In this document: in pieces, positions 12,053-25,800 of the stretch | How the letters are laid out: each line of letters starts with the position of its first letter | How positions within the stretch are numbered: position 1 is the stretch's first letter | Source: Phoronis australis | Lineage: Eukaryota > Animalia > Phoronida | Length of the DNA stretch: 64,000 nucleotides | Direction: 5' to 3' | Assembly: GCA_002633005.1 (NCBI GenBank) | Contig: NMRA01000006.1 | Location: 2,131,818 to 2,195,817 of the forward strand | Position numbers and translations under genes: made by a program | Notes under the pieces: generated by a model | Seen by the model: the letters and a program-made list of their open reading frames with translations, nothing else | Told to the model about the DNA's origin: nothing | Databases searched by the model: none

Positions 12053-13845
12053 CTACATGGTCTCGCCCAGCAGTCCACCCGGAATCAGATTCATCCCCTG
12101 CGGGTCGTCAAAGTTGGAGCCCCACAGACTCCCCCCTCCCATGCCACCCCAGGGGCTGCCCGAACCGCCACCCCCTCCACTCCAGTGCCCCCCACCCCGA
12201 CCGTACGGACCGGCTGAGCGCGGGGGTGGGCCGCCCGCCCACAGGCTGTGTGAGGGGGGCGGAGCACGAGTGACCTGGATCAGTCGTGATACTTCATCTT
12301 CCGTGGCAAAGTCGACGAGCATGGCACTGTTGCCTAGCATGCACATGTTGAGAGACTTCTGAGCTTTTAAAGCCTGCTCTTGCGTGGAGTATTGCACGAT
12401 AGCTTGGCCACTGTTTGGAATATTGATGAAGCTCAACAGTGGACCGTGCTGAGAGCAGAGAGCTCTCAGAGTGTTTTCATCAATCTAAAACAGATGAGCA
12501 ACACAGTGTACTTACAGTTAATCATTGTAGGTTTGTTCACTGTCTAAACTGAAACACTTCTCCCAAAGTCACAGGAGAACGAGGCAACCTTGTAAACATA
12601 AAACTCAAGAAATCAAGTACTGCCATCATGTCCAGAAGTTCAGTGAGCAGGCGCAGGTAACTAAATGATATAAATGAGCACAGATTTTGGCAAGAAACAC
12701 CTCACTGCCACATTTCAAGGAGGAAACACTCACCTGACTAGTCAAATTCTTTAGAACCAACCAAGGAGAAAGTGGACGGCCGTCCCAGGATCCACCCACT
12801 GAAATCAAAAACAAGACACCATAAAAACCCCAATTTCTACAAATTCTACAGGCAACATTAAACTAAATTACGTTAAATAAATGAAAGTTTAAGTTTTATG
12901 TTAATCAGAGACTAAATTAATACACTGCTAGTGTGAACAGAACAAAAATATAACAGAACAGCTGCAACTTAGAAACAATGCACATAACTGGGAAACAAAA
13001 TTACAGTGCACAACGGACGTTGACCATTGCACTGTCTAAGGATTTATTTACTAACTTGATAACATACTCTGTGAAGATCTTTCACCAGGGGCCCAGGACA
13101 GGCTGCGGTTGAAGCCAACGCCAGATCCGGAGGAGTTGGAGCCCCAGCCGCCTGCGGAGGACTTGGGGAGGAGGCCAGGAGGCGGGCGCGATGACTGCAT
13201 GCCAAGGCCCGACTTGCTGGGAGCACCCCACAGCTCGCTGGAAATAGAGTTGCGTGAGTTTACTGTCTTGAGGTCGGCGATGGTGGAGGCGCGACTGGCT
13301 AAGGACGAGAGGTGGTTGGAGTCGATAGTGTTGAGGCTGTGCGTGCGTGAGCTCAGTACGCTGCCGGGCGTGATCGTCGGGTCTTCCTCCACGTTCTTCG
13401 TGGCGAAGCCCTGCCACGGCTGACCGGGCACAAACTCGGGAATCTCTGGAATATCACTGACGGCGGAGGTTGTCGGTACGGCGGACAGTGATGACACCAC
13501 TGCCGAAATGGGAGATTCTGTCTCCTTACTGGACCCCGGGGCGGCCGAGGAGGTTATGGCACTGGAGGCGGTTGACCAGTCGCGCGAGCCGCCGAGCGGG
13601 GGCAGGCCCCACGACGATCCGCTGGTGCTGGTGTTGGAATCATCTGGTTTGTCAGGGTTGAGATTGGGTGTGGAATGCGATTGGTGTAGACTAGGCTTAC
13701 CCAGCCCTCCCTCCTCCTTGTCCTGGTGCTGAAGCCAGTCAGTGAGGCGGGACTTGGGCTGCTTCGGTGCCGCACCTGGGTCCTGGCTAATAGTCATGTT
13801 GTTGAACTCCTTCTGGACGGAGGCCACCTGCGGGTTGAGAGTAGT
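12053..13845 (-). CDS. TNRC6: GW182 silencing domain exons (PAM2, RRM, C-terminal W-rich tail)
   Basis: Exons 13068-13845, 12734-12798 and 12053-12484; SRLTDW, IPEFVPGQPWQGF, RRM and GGSLWG...LIPGGLLGETM*. Confidence 0.93.
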
Positions 13846-16800
13846 CTGCAATAGAGAAGGCATAAGTGACATGACCACGACATAGAAATATTGAGAACAG
13901 TAAGCTAGGAAACAAAACCCAACACCAATCCCTCACATCACAAGAAGAGAATTTGGTCAAGGCCTATTGAGGACTGAGGCCCGTTTCAAGACTTAAAGAT
14001 TTCCAAGACTTCAGACCATGAAATTTGGGCTATGTCAAGAGGCAAGGCGAAATTCATAAAATACCGTTTCATAAACACAAAGTTGGTTTTTGGTCTTAAC
14101 ACAGACAGAAAAGAATTCCGTTTTTGACATAGGTGAGCATACGCACAGCATTTTCGGTGCCTGTTGCTAATTCACAAAACTGAGGAAGGCGGTGAGTGAA
14201 ACATGGTTTCAAGAATAATCCCGGACTTGAAACTTTAAATGGGAATCTATTAGCATTTTTGATGAAACCAGGATCTTGTTTATTTGATAACACCCTAATA
14301 TGGCTGAAAAGTATCACTTAACATGTGCTGGATAGTCACACTTCATTGCCTCTACAGTACTTTGCCCAGTTCCCAAATCGAAAGCAGATCTTCAATTTGA
14401 CATTGTATTGACATTAAATTTTTAATGATAGTGAAAACATCAACATAACTTGTTCCTCAACAATTTAAACTGACGATAGTCTAAAATTTTGGTCATTAAG
14501 ACCATAAGTCCAATTAAGCATTTTCCGTACAATCTAACTTTCAGTCTCGTAATAGAGTTTGATCTCTAGAAATTCACGACACATGGAAGTTGGCCCAATT
14601 TTGCTCTACGTTAAGACAGAAACAGTTTCACGAATCAGGCCTCTGGTCAGCTAAGCCAGAGCAAAAATATCTCAAAAGCGTCCATCACTTCCATACTTTT
14701 AATTTAAAAAAAAAGCCACGACTGAAACATGAGCTAAACCCAACAGCCCTGCATATGAGCAGTCTAAACACATTTGTTAACTATAGCCCTTGATCAATAA
14801 CTGACCTTTCAAAACAGACAAAAACTGATGCATGTGCATCGCAGGGAAGACACAAACAGGATACCTCACATGTCACCTAGTGGAAGTCATGCATTTTGTT
14901 TACTGTGAACCATTCCAGGTGACTCTGCATGTAGTTTGCATTAAATAAGGTCGACTGCAAACTACACTAGGGGGGAGGTGTGCACTTACCCGCTGAATCT
15001 GCTGTTGGAACTGCATCATCTTTTGCCGTTCCACCTTAAGCTGGTGTTGATACTGTTCATACTGGAGCCGTGCATTGGGGTAGCTGCCCTTGTTCTGACT
15101 GATCTGCTGCAGCAGGTTGGTCAGTTGACGCTCGTTGGTATAAGACTGCAAGACAAAATGGCAGGTGTCATTGAAGGTCATGCCACACAATCATCCAACA
15201 GATCCTGGGATCTGAGCGCAGTACATATCTTTTCGTCACCACTTCGGCGGGGACTCTGAATGAATTCATTTGGATTTCGCATGATCAATCTTAATACCTT
15301 AACAGGTATTGATTTTAAGAGCAAAAATTTGGTTTACTGTAGTCAAGTTTAACAGCCACCCAAACATCAAGGGTTTACTAATCTGACCAAACTGAGCACA
15401 TCAGCCACCAAAAGAAGTTTGAAGAATGTAAAAAAAATTGACTCAAAAATTTCAGCTAGTTTCAATACAATAAAGACACAGCATCAATGAAAACAGTTGT
15501 AGCTGAAGTCGTAACAGCTCGGCGGCACATTTACCTGCAGGAATCCCTGTAGAGAGACAAGAAGTGGCATGGTGATCTGCTGTTGCAGTATCTGAGGGTT
15601 GAGGTGGCCCGTCTGGATGGCCACCTGCAGTTGGCGCAGCATCTGCTGCTGCATCATGGTTGAGTTGTTGCCCGGGCCGCGGATGGCTGTGCCTGGTAAC
15701 AACAAAGGGTCAACTTGAAACATCTGCAAACTATTGCACATTATACAAATCAGGGTGACCAGCTATGGGAATAGCATAAAACGGTCAAAATTCAAAGTGG
15801 ATATAATCCGTACCCATCACATACTGTTATGTAATTGGTTTCTCCGAAGAGACGTGATTCCTGGGCTTGCAAAGAACTGACAGTTCATTATTGCTCGACA
15901 ACACGCTCGACGACCAACAAGGCATTGTTACAAGCTCGATACCACGCTCGACGACCAACAAGGCATTGTTACAAGCTTGATACCACGCTAGACGACCAAC
16001 AAGGCATTGTTACAAGCTTGATAACACGCTAGACGACCAACAAGGCATTGTTACAATTTGAAATGAGAACAGAACAAAGTATTAATGCAACAATCACTTG
16101 CGGGCATGATACTAGAGTGAAAATGAAACAACCGCGCACTAGCAGTCATTAAGACAGAGTTTTACAGACCAAATACAGAAGATGGACCAGCCGATTGCAA
16201 TTTGCTACCTGAAGGCATGCCACCCTGGGGTCCTGGTCGCATGCCCGGCTGCTGCTGATGTTGCTGTTGCTTGTTGTTAATACTGGGTGGGCCACGGTTC
16301 ATGGGAAATTGAGCACTGGACAGAGTATTGGCGGAGGAGAATGGCGGTGGCTGGAACTGACCAATGTCCATCGGGGGCATGTCGCCGCGCAGAGCACCAC
16401 TTTGTTGAAGTTCGGCTGGAAGACGGGACAAGAGACGAGAATGGAACATGGGAGGTGCAAAAACAAACTCTAGTTCAAGTACTCCGCTCTTCAGCTTAGT
16501 TGAATTTTGCCTTACATGGACAGTGTATCTCACTCCAACTGGATTTGACTTACTTGAAACTGTTACACTAGTCTCGATTAAAACATACAAAGATCGAGGA
16601 TATGACGAAATCGAAAAAGGGAGGTAAAGTCCCAAGACATTATCGATGTTTTATGTACTAAACTGAATTCATGCCAACCATTTCACCAACGGAATAGATA
16701 CAACATTCGTAAAGTTTTGAAAAGCTAATCGGAGACGATTCGCCAAACCTCCTCTCACCAAAAAGAAATCAATAACACAATCAGCACGTAACATCAACAC

Positions 16801-19800
16801 ACACACACGCACACACACAAACTCAGGAAACAAGACCTCCTAGACAGCTACACAGCACCAACTCACCAATGGCATTATCCAGATTCATGTCATTGCTGAT
16901 TATTGCTGCAGTGGCCTGATCCTTTGACACGCCCAAGTTCATCAGCAGCTGAATCATGCGGCTCCTCATATGTGGCTGGTTGGAGCCGTACGATGGTTTC
17001 ATGCTGGGCGGCATGCCGCCGCCGCCGCCACCCATGGAGGTGTTGTTGGAGCCCTGGAACATAGAAGGATGTTGAGGCTACAACACCCATGAAGGATACA
17101 TATAAGCAAAGGTAGATGGAATAATGGACATTATAGCTGAACCATGCACTTCCGTATTTCAGGTTAAGTAGGACGAATTTCTAGAAAACGACAGGATGCA
17201 GCTCTGTGAAAGTATACAATTGATAAAAGCCTGTAGACACCAACCTGTCATTAATTGGGTCACACAACCATGTCTTTATTGTAAAAGTTTCAGGAAAAAA
17301 GAAAAGCACATTCAAAACAATGTGCTGGATTACAGTATAAGCAGATATTTTTGAATTTTAAAAAAGCACAAGAAAAGCTAGCGCTTCCTATCCAAATTTC
17401 ATATCTACATAGGCGCATAGCGAAATTCAATTCAAAGCCAACAGCATAAGTGCAAGCAGTCATGGTGCGATTGAAAAATAAAGAAATTAGGTCGCATCGC
17501 ATTCAAGTTTCGGTTAACTTCCATATTAAAGGCTGGAGTCAACTATGATGGTTGAACTGGTGCAGTAGACGTACCCTGCGCATGTTGTTGAAGCCTGCCT
17601 TGCTGCTCCATGAAGAATTGGCACCTTGTGGGTTCCACTCGTCAATGGCCGTGTCCCAGTCATTGTCACCCGATGGGTCACCACTCATCTGTAATGACAG
17701 CAAACAGTTCTTGTCTTGCGCTACACAATGACAGCCAGCAACGAATAGATAGCGCCACCTTTGGACTGAATATAGACAGGCGGGGGGGGGGGGGGGGGNG
17801 GGGGGAAGGTAATAAACACAGTTGAACAGTGGTCAAGGCCCGCACCGTTACCAAAGAACCTGAACTCCAACCACAGGGACAACTTTAGTACGATTCAACT
17901 GTGCTATACAGTTTCTGCGCCGCATGAATTACAGCATAGACAGTTCACCCCACAATAGTAGGCCAACACTCTCTAGCCTTTCCACTACAACAAAACCAAC
18001 CACGATGTCCTTTTCTGAGCTTAATAAGAATAATGAAGCTTATTATTTAAGTCTAGACAACTAAATGAGAATTACTGATACAAAATACAATATTGATCAC
18101 AGCTTCAGCAGTCAAAAATAGCCAATTTCAAAGTAGGATTAAATAAGAATGCAGCGGTTTATTAAGCATTAAAATAACATCTGAGAGCTCCATGTCGACA
18201 ACAGTACATCCATCAATGTCAACGTGCTTTATTTAACAACTCAACATTTTGTGAGGATTGGAACATTGGATCAAAACACTTGACAAACTTACGCCACTGT
18301 GTGAAAATAGATGTCCCGAGGTAATACTAATACTGATACTAAAAAGCACTGAACATGATTTCAAACCAATCCTACATACAAAAAGCCAGAGGTCTCTGGC
18401 CAAGTTACTACACATTGTAAGGGTACCCTGTTAGTGGCTGTAGTTCAGGTTCCATGGTAGGAGTTTTCTGCCCGTGGTAAGGGTGCTTGTCGTATTTTGT
18501 ACAGCGTGGTTAGGGCTCTGCTGTGGGGTAAGAAATCCATGGCCCGTGGTAATGGTTCTCTGAGCAAAGTTGCTTGCTATTTGCTACACATCACATGACA
18601 ACAGAACACACTGACGGACCAAGTATTACCTTCTAGACCAACACAATATTGAAGAAACAAGCTCAGCCAGCCATGACTATTCAGAGGGTAAAAATAACAA
18701 GAAGCCTCACTTCAGCAGTGAAGACAAGCATGCACCGCAACTCAAAACAAATTTTAAGGTTATGTTGGACCTCATTAACATGTTTGTGCAATCAAACTAC
18801 AACAATATTGAGTTTAAAGTGGAATGGAACTTGCACGCTAATTCCTCATCTCTATGATTGCTTGGTCAAATTAGAAACACAACATATAGTGATGATGTGA
18901 ACATGAAGTAGGCTGAAAATGGCCAAATGTTTTTAAGAACGAATTTTGTGTCGAAAATGATCCGCCGTAAATCAATCAACCGTGTCCAGTAAGTATCGTG
19001 ATATGGTGCTGGGAAATAACAGTGCACGATGCGGGCTGTGTCAGCCTGTGAGGCCCGTCATTAGTGCATAGGTTACCTATTTGCAGAATTTTTTGTTTTC
19101 ACATTAACAAGTTGTTAATGAATACAACTGCACTTTCTTTAGCATAGATGATGTTCAAATGGCACTGTCGTTTAGTTCCTGCTATAAATTAGCACAATTA
19201 GGAGCATGCAAATACATCTCCAAGTCGAGAGAAAAGAGCTCATTTTTTGAAAGCAGGAAGCCAGTAGAATTTGCTGTTGATTCAGCCATGTGACCACGTT
19301 CCAGTTAACCAAATTTGAACATTTTTCTAGGGTCCCACATAACCTTAAAACAGTACAAAACACAGCACTCAATACCACATTCAAACTCGATAATGCAGTC
19401 AGGGGTACGTTCCATAAGGCGAGTTTCGCGAGATCACATGGACTAAAGTTGTTAAATTATCGTAGCAAACTGTGCCGCAGTAAACTCACTAGTTCCGTTT
19501 TTCAAGCCATATTTCTTGACACGACTTGCATTAAGGAAAGCAACCCAGAATTAACCACGTTGCACATTAGTATCACTACTGGATGCAGAGTGTCCCTTCT
19601 GGCTAACCTAATGGCTTTTAATGTGAATAAAATAACGAATCGGACAAACTACTTAGTCTACGCTTACCAAATGCAACATGAATTCTTGGACAAAATTAAC
19701 ACAAGGCGATGCACAGAAGACTTTTTAAATCACATGCACATCTAGTGCCATCACTAGCCTGTTCAAAACGTGGCCAGATAAGGATTCACACATCATACAG

Positions 19801-22800
19801 TTTTGGATAAGTGAAGTTGAACGTTGTGCCGTTTGGATGACACGAAGTTCACCGTTCAGTTCATGTCTGCAGCTGCTGTTTTTATTGTTATCATTTGTGC
19901 TATAACCAACCTTTCGCGTCATGTCTGATTCACCCGACCAACTGCCTAAAGACGGGGTCTTTGGTTTAGAGTCACCCCAACTTCCAGGACCTCTCTGAAA
20001 TGAATTCGTCATGGCACACGTCACATAGGTGGGTCAAAACCCATTGATGGAGACTCCCAAAGTTTGGATGACTCGCACCCGGGTAGTGAGCAAAAGCACG
20101 TTTGTCAATCACCAAGATTTAAAAATCCCATGGCAGACTAAAGCCAAGTGTTTTAAAAGTAAAAAAACTTTTAGATTCATAGTTCATTCAATTCAAAACA
20201 CGTTTCAATTGATGGATGCTGAATTGCAGCCAACATCAATGACTGACAAAAATATGTTGCAGATGCAGTCAAGCCTTGGTTTCACTCTACATTCAAGTTA
20301 GTTTAAACTAAGCCTAAACTCCAGGCAGCACAACGCACAATTCAATTTCAAAACAGAAGGCAGCCAGTCAACAAAACGCCGTCTTTTAACCAAGAAAAAC
20401 ACCTTTGGCAATTCGGAACAAGTTTCCAGTTTTCCACTTCGTGTTGACTAGCTGCCTCTAATGACCACAAACATAGTAGATGTTAGTACATGCCGACTAA
20501 CCTGATTGGGACCACTGTCCCACATGGAACTGCCATCCATCTTGGACGGGGGTTGAGGATCTCCCCAGCCACTGCGAGAGTTCCAGATGTCGTCGCTGCC
20601 TCGTCCACCACTAGACGGCGTCATAGGGGTTGAAGGCGTGCTCGGGTTGCTCCAGTTTTGTGGGGTTGAGTGACTCTTCACATCCGGATTGCCCCACACT
20701 GCCGTGCCGTCGTCGATGTTGGAAGGACGCTCACCCCCAGGGAGTGGCTCATCCCAGCCTTCAGTTTTGTCCTTCAGACTGCTGCCCCACATGCCCTGAG
20801 ACTCGACTGGAGTCGGCGGGGGACCCCAGGAACCACCAGGGGGCTTGGCAGGTGCAGCACCCCACGATGAGCTAGGTGGTTTCTCAGGGGCTGACGACCA
20901 AGAACCACTTGGCTTCTCAGGAGCAGCACCCCAGGAACTGCCAGTCTCCTGTCGGTCTTTGGCATCAGCCACAGCTCCCCACACGTTAGTGTTGTTCGTC
21001 AGTGGCTGGGGTGACTGAGTGTTTGGCGGGTCACCCCAGCTGGACGTTGAGGTCTTGTGCTCACGACGCTCCTTCCACGCTGCTCCGTTGCCTTGATCCG
21101 GGTTGCGCCACACCTTGGGATCGTCTATGTCCGGGGCATCCCAGTCGCTGGGAGAAGTGATAACCCCGCTGGTTGGCTTCTTGGTCGACTCCCAGATGGC
21201 AGTACCAGTGTTGGCTGTGTGGTTCCACACAGTGGGATCTTCGACCTTGCGCTTGGTCTCGGGCGATTCAGCGGCTGCCCAGGCCGTGTCCTGGCGAACG
21301 GTGGTTGCTCCCCAACCATCGTTGCTGGTTATGGCACGCTTCTTCTCCATCTCCTGCTGCAGTCGGGCTTGCTCGGCAGGAGACGGCATGGGCGGTTTCA
21401 GGCCCTTACCAGCAGCCTGTGCGAATGTACTTGGTTGTTGAGACTTGGCTTGATTAACATTGGCACCTAATTCACCCTGGACAGGTTTAGCACCCCATTG
21501 GGCCTGAGGACTGGCGCCCCAGGCACTGGTATGAGAACTGATAGCAGTGGAGGACGGGGCTCCCCACTGGGAAGGCGGGGGAGGGTTCCCTCTTTCGGTT
21601 GCACCGGTCTGAGACTTTGTAGCACCACCCCATCCAGTAGCGGTAGTGGTGGGGGCAGGATTTGGCTGGCCCCAACCGGACACCGCATTGGGGTTTGGAC
21701 TAGGGTTTTGGCTGGGGTTGCCCCAGCCGCCTGAGTTGAGAACGCTGTCGGGTGAGGGTGCGCCCCAGCCAGACGTGGCGTCGCCAGCGCCCCACTCTTT
21801 GCCATCACCGGGGCCATTGGCAGCAGACCAGCCGGCCGGCTTGCCCCACATTGCAGATCCACTATCTCCTTGAGCACTTCCTTGCATGGAATTCATTGGG
21901 CGTCCACTGCCTGCACCACTGCCGTTGGCTGGCCCACTCACACTGAGACCCCAGCCGGTAGTCAGAGGATTGGCAGCATTGTCGCCACCGGCCAGGTTTG
22001 GGCTCGTTTGCATATTAAGACCTTGGTTGTTGGACATGGACAAGGGGTTTGACCCCCAGCCAGTAGAGTTCATGCCACGCGGGCTGCTGGCACTGGTCGG
22101 CCAGGCACTCGCGTCACTGGTATTGGCTCCCCAGTCGGCGGAAGCACTCTGCGGAGTAATGGCACCTGGGGGGTCCTGGCCAGAGTTGCTTGAGCTTGAT
22201 ATCACAGATCCGGATTTCACTGATGCATTGTCATTGTCATCTTGCTCTGATTGGTCAATAGATGGCCACGCCTGTCTATCTTTGGAATCCACAATAATTT
22301 CATTGCTTTGTTTCGGAGCATCCCAGTTTGAACGGCCCTGGTTGCTCCAGTTTCCAATCGCTGGACTATCTCTTTGCTGGTGGGCTTCAGACTCTGCAAA
22401 GTAGAAACAAACAGCTAAATACCAGACTGTGATAATAATAGACAGAAAAAAATTCTGCACTTAACCACACAAAACATCTCATTAGTCATTGCTTGTCAGA
22501 TTTCCAATCCCATTAAGACAAGCCGCAAACCAGAGTTGGATGTCACAAGCAACGTCTGGGCACTTTGTGACAGACCCAGGAATCAGCTTCACCATTGCAG
22601 ACTACCAGCCAATCAGATTTCCAAAACGTGCAAGACCTGCTTATAGGCTCAGTCTCAACACAGAAACCTATTGCAGAAATAAATTCTGAAATAAGTGGTG
22701 AAGAGACTGAAACGGACCCCACAATAGTAAGAAGTCTACTTTTTGAATATTATTGTAACAGTGAGCTAAATATGGACGTTGACTCAAAAACAGAAAGTGC

Positions 22801-25800
22801 AGTGCATGAATAACACTACTTCTGCCAGTTTACGAAATCTTAGAAAAATTTCAATAGTCAGATGCTACATATTTCAGAGGGGTGCCAAAATAAAAGGTCC
22901 AACTTTCTACCGATTTTGCTCAACCCAAGGCGTACAGTCAGTCGGGGAGACTGGCCTCAGGCAACACCTACACCCAAACACACGCCATCACTGAATAAAC
23001 TGACTTACCAATATCGTTCCACCCACTACCCGTAGAATTGCCACGATTAACGACATCATCACTGCCCCAACTTGTATTGCTGACCCAGCTGGCAGTGCCT
23101 GTGGAGAGTGGAAGAAAAAATACTGTCATAACACATCTTAACATTTAACTTCCGCTATTAAAAACACATTAGCTTTATTTTGAGCCGAAACGCATTACCA
23201 AGTATTGATTTTTTTTGTGGGCTATGAGTTTGCTTCCAGTAATTAGTTGCAAACACCTAAACTACAACCTAGATTGGTGGTAACAAGACCTGCATTTGAC
23301 AAGGAAGTGAAAATCATGGGCAAGACAGCCCTCACAGTAACTACAATCAATTCTCAAAGGGTTTAATTAAGAGTAGCCACTAGCTGAATTACTCCATCTT
23401 TGAAAGAGGTTGCCAAAATGGTCTATATTGAGGTCATTACCTTCCTCCTTCATCAACGGTAAACTATTCTTCATCATCTAAGAAGATGGAAACCAACACA
23501 AATGAGTAATCGCAAACTGCAGATGGCAGCACATGTCTACTCACCGTTTTGTTTCTTCAGCTGATTGGCTTGATTCATCATCTTGGTTTCGCTGCTCGTT
23601 GTTACACTTGTGACTGACGTGCTGGTCTTCTGTTGAGCAGGAGGTGATTGCTGCTGTTTTTGCTGCTGCTGCTGCTTGCTGGCAAACCTTGGAGGTACCT
23701 AGAACGCAGAGTGCAGCATTCGATGAGCAATCGAGGAAATTAAATGGACAAGACGGAAGGCGGTGCTCAGAAGCAAAGCTGAGCACACCATATGAAATCT
23801 GAAGTTCTGGTTGCTCTAGTTAGGTGGCTGAAATTCTTAATCCTTTTCAATGACTGTCAGCACACCAGTGTTATAAACTAGTAAAATCTGATAATCGAAG
23901 ATATGCAACCATTCACAGCATTTGTTTGAAGACCGAAGCCGTGTGAACCAAGTATCCAGCGTCAAAATGCACTTAATCACCACATCCACAATTCTCAGCC
24001 TAATAATTCATTACGCTGAAGTCACCAAATCGGTTTTTGAACACCCACTTCCATCTGTGTTTCACAAACACCTGATACTCCGAGGGAACCCACATAAACC
24101 AGCAATTGGTTAACTCATCGTGCATATTCTGACCGATTGGTTTAGCATGTATTCAAAACAACTATGCATTCTCGAGGAAAGCAGCTTTTTTAACTAACGA
24201 ATATAAGTTAAATTTTTTTGTTCATCACCAACATTATGTCATTCCTCGCTATTCATATACACCTGTGTTAAAAAGGAAATTCGAAAGCAGAATGTCAACT
24301 TAGCAGAACTAAAACAATGACCAACCTCATTACATCAATAGGTATTAAATTCCAATAACCACAAAATTCTCTCAACACTTCAACTTGCACAAACCGTGTT
24401 TTAAGTGACATCACTGATAAAATCGTATCTCCTAGACCCACAAAGCTTACAACATTTTCTTCAAGATGGGGTTCCACAAATTCTCAATGGGGTCTCATTT
24501 ATTACCACAGACGCCATCTTGCGGAAAAAATCTGCGAGTTTTAAAGCCACAAGTGGATGCCATTGCAGCTATTAAACCTGACATGAACACCACATTCAAG
24601 AATAGATGGCTTTATAAATACAGCTTGCGGGTTGCGCAGTTGCTGCCTGTACACAAAAATGCTCTGATTCACAATAGCTGCAAATTGCTCAGCTCAGGGT
24701 CAATTTCGCAGGAAGGCCTTGGGATTCAGATTGACTCAGAGCCACCGGGTAAAGAGCGAGAGGAGCAAGCGGCTTACCTCTCTGGGAGGATAGGTTTTGT
24801 CCAGCTGCTGTTGCTGCTGCTTGGCGTTCTTCGCCGCGCTTTCCTTCTTCTTCTTATCTTCTTCCTCTTTGGCTTTTTGCTCAGCCAACTACAACAGAAG
24901 AAAGCAACACTAAGTCGATACTACAAACCACCATTCAAGATACGTCACAATTCACACAACTTAAAGCGATATTTTGTAGTGTTTAACTGGCGAAAATCGA
25001 ATTAGGCCATTTATACGCCCATATAATCAGTCTCGTAATATTCCTTACTGTGATAGTTATGCATTTCCGTCACCAATTGAAGTCACAGGCAACACGCATA
25101 AGTGCCATTTTCACTTTTGGGTAAGCCAATATTTACTCAAATCACTGATGGTTGCGATTTTCTTGCTGGTAATGGAAACAGAGAACCCTATCAAGGTAGA
25201 AGGCTGAATTCGATTCTCGTTTTTTTAGCCAACTAAGCAGGGTGAAATGCAGTTTAAAAAAGATCACTTTATTACAGATATTTTCTAAAATGGGTACATC
25301 AGAAGGTAAAATAAAACCTACACAGAAAACAAAATTTGTGTTGAAAAACTCTTAACTACCACAGCATGACACGGTTTTATTTTCGGTTATTAAATCCTGC
25401 CTGTGGGTAAAGCATTCAACTGCAGCCCTCAATTGAATTTCACAAGCTAACACACATTTGGGTAAGCCTTTATCCCGAATTTTATCCTTGAGTCGACTAA
25501 CATTAATTAGGAGCCTGAAAATAGAGATTACCTTTTGCTTGGCCTCTGCCTGCTTCCTCTTTTTCTCCTCCTTTTCTCGTAAGCGCTCTTCTTCCTTGAG
25601 ACGAGCTTCTAATTCCTCCTTTTCTCGCTTCTCACGAACGACGCGATCTCGCTCTTCTCTGAATCAAATGAGGGAATCATCAGTTAGGTTTTACAGTATA
25701 AAGCTCTTGACACGTAAGCGTCAGACTACTTTCCGACAGCGTCTTGAAACCCGGGATATCAAAACTACGGTGAAAGCTAAGCTTTTGCACCTGCTGATAA

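Noticed and set aside
15902-16056. 41-bp direct repeats resembling a CRISPR array
   Set aside because: Head-to-tail with no unique spacers, inside a eukaryotic intron, and no cas genes; it is a minisatellite.
17781-17805. Long poly-G runs containing N (also 8627-8638)
   Set aside because: Low-quality homopolymers; no G-quadruplex claim is justified.
20630-22404. Many plus-strand and alternative-frame ORFs over the large GW182 exon (also at 11948-12362, 13082-13775 and 24466-26436)
   Set aside because: Shadow ORFs of GC-rich or low-complexity coding exons, with no independent motifs.
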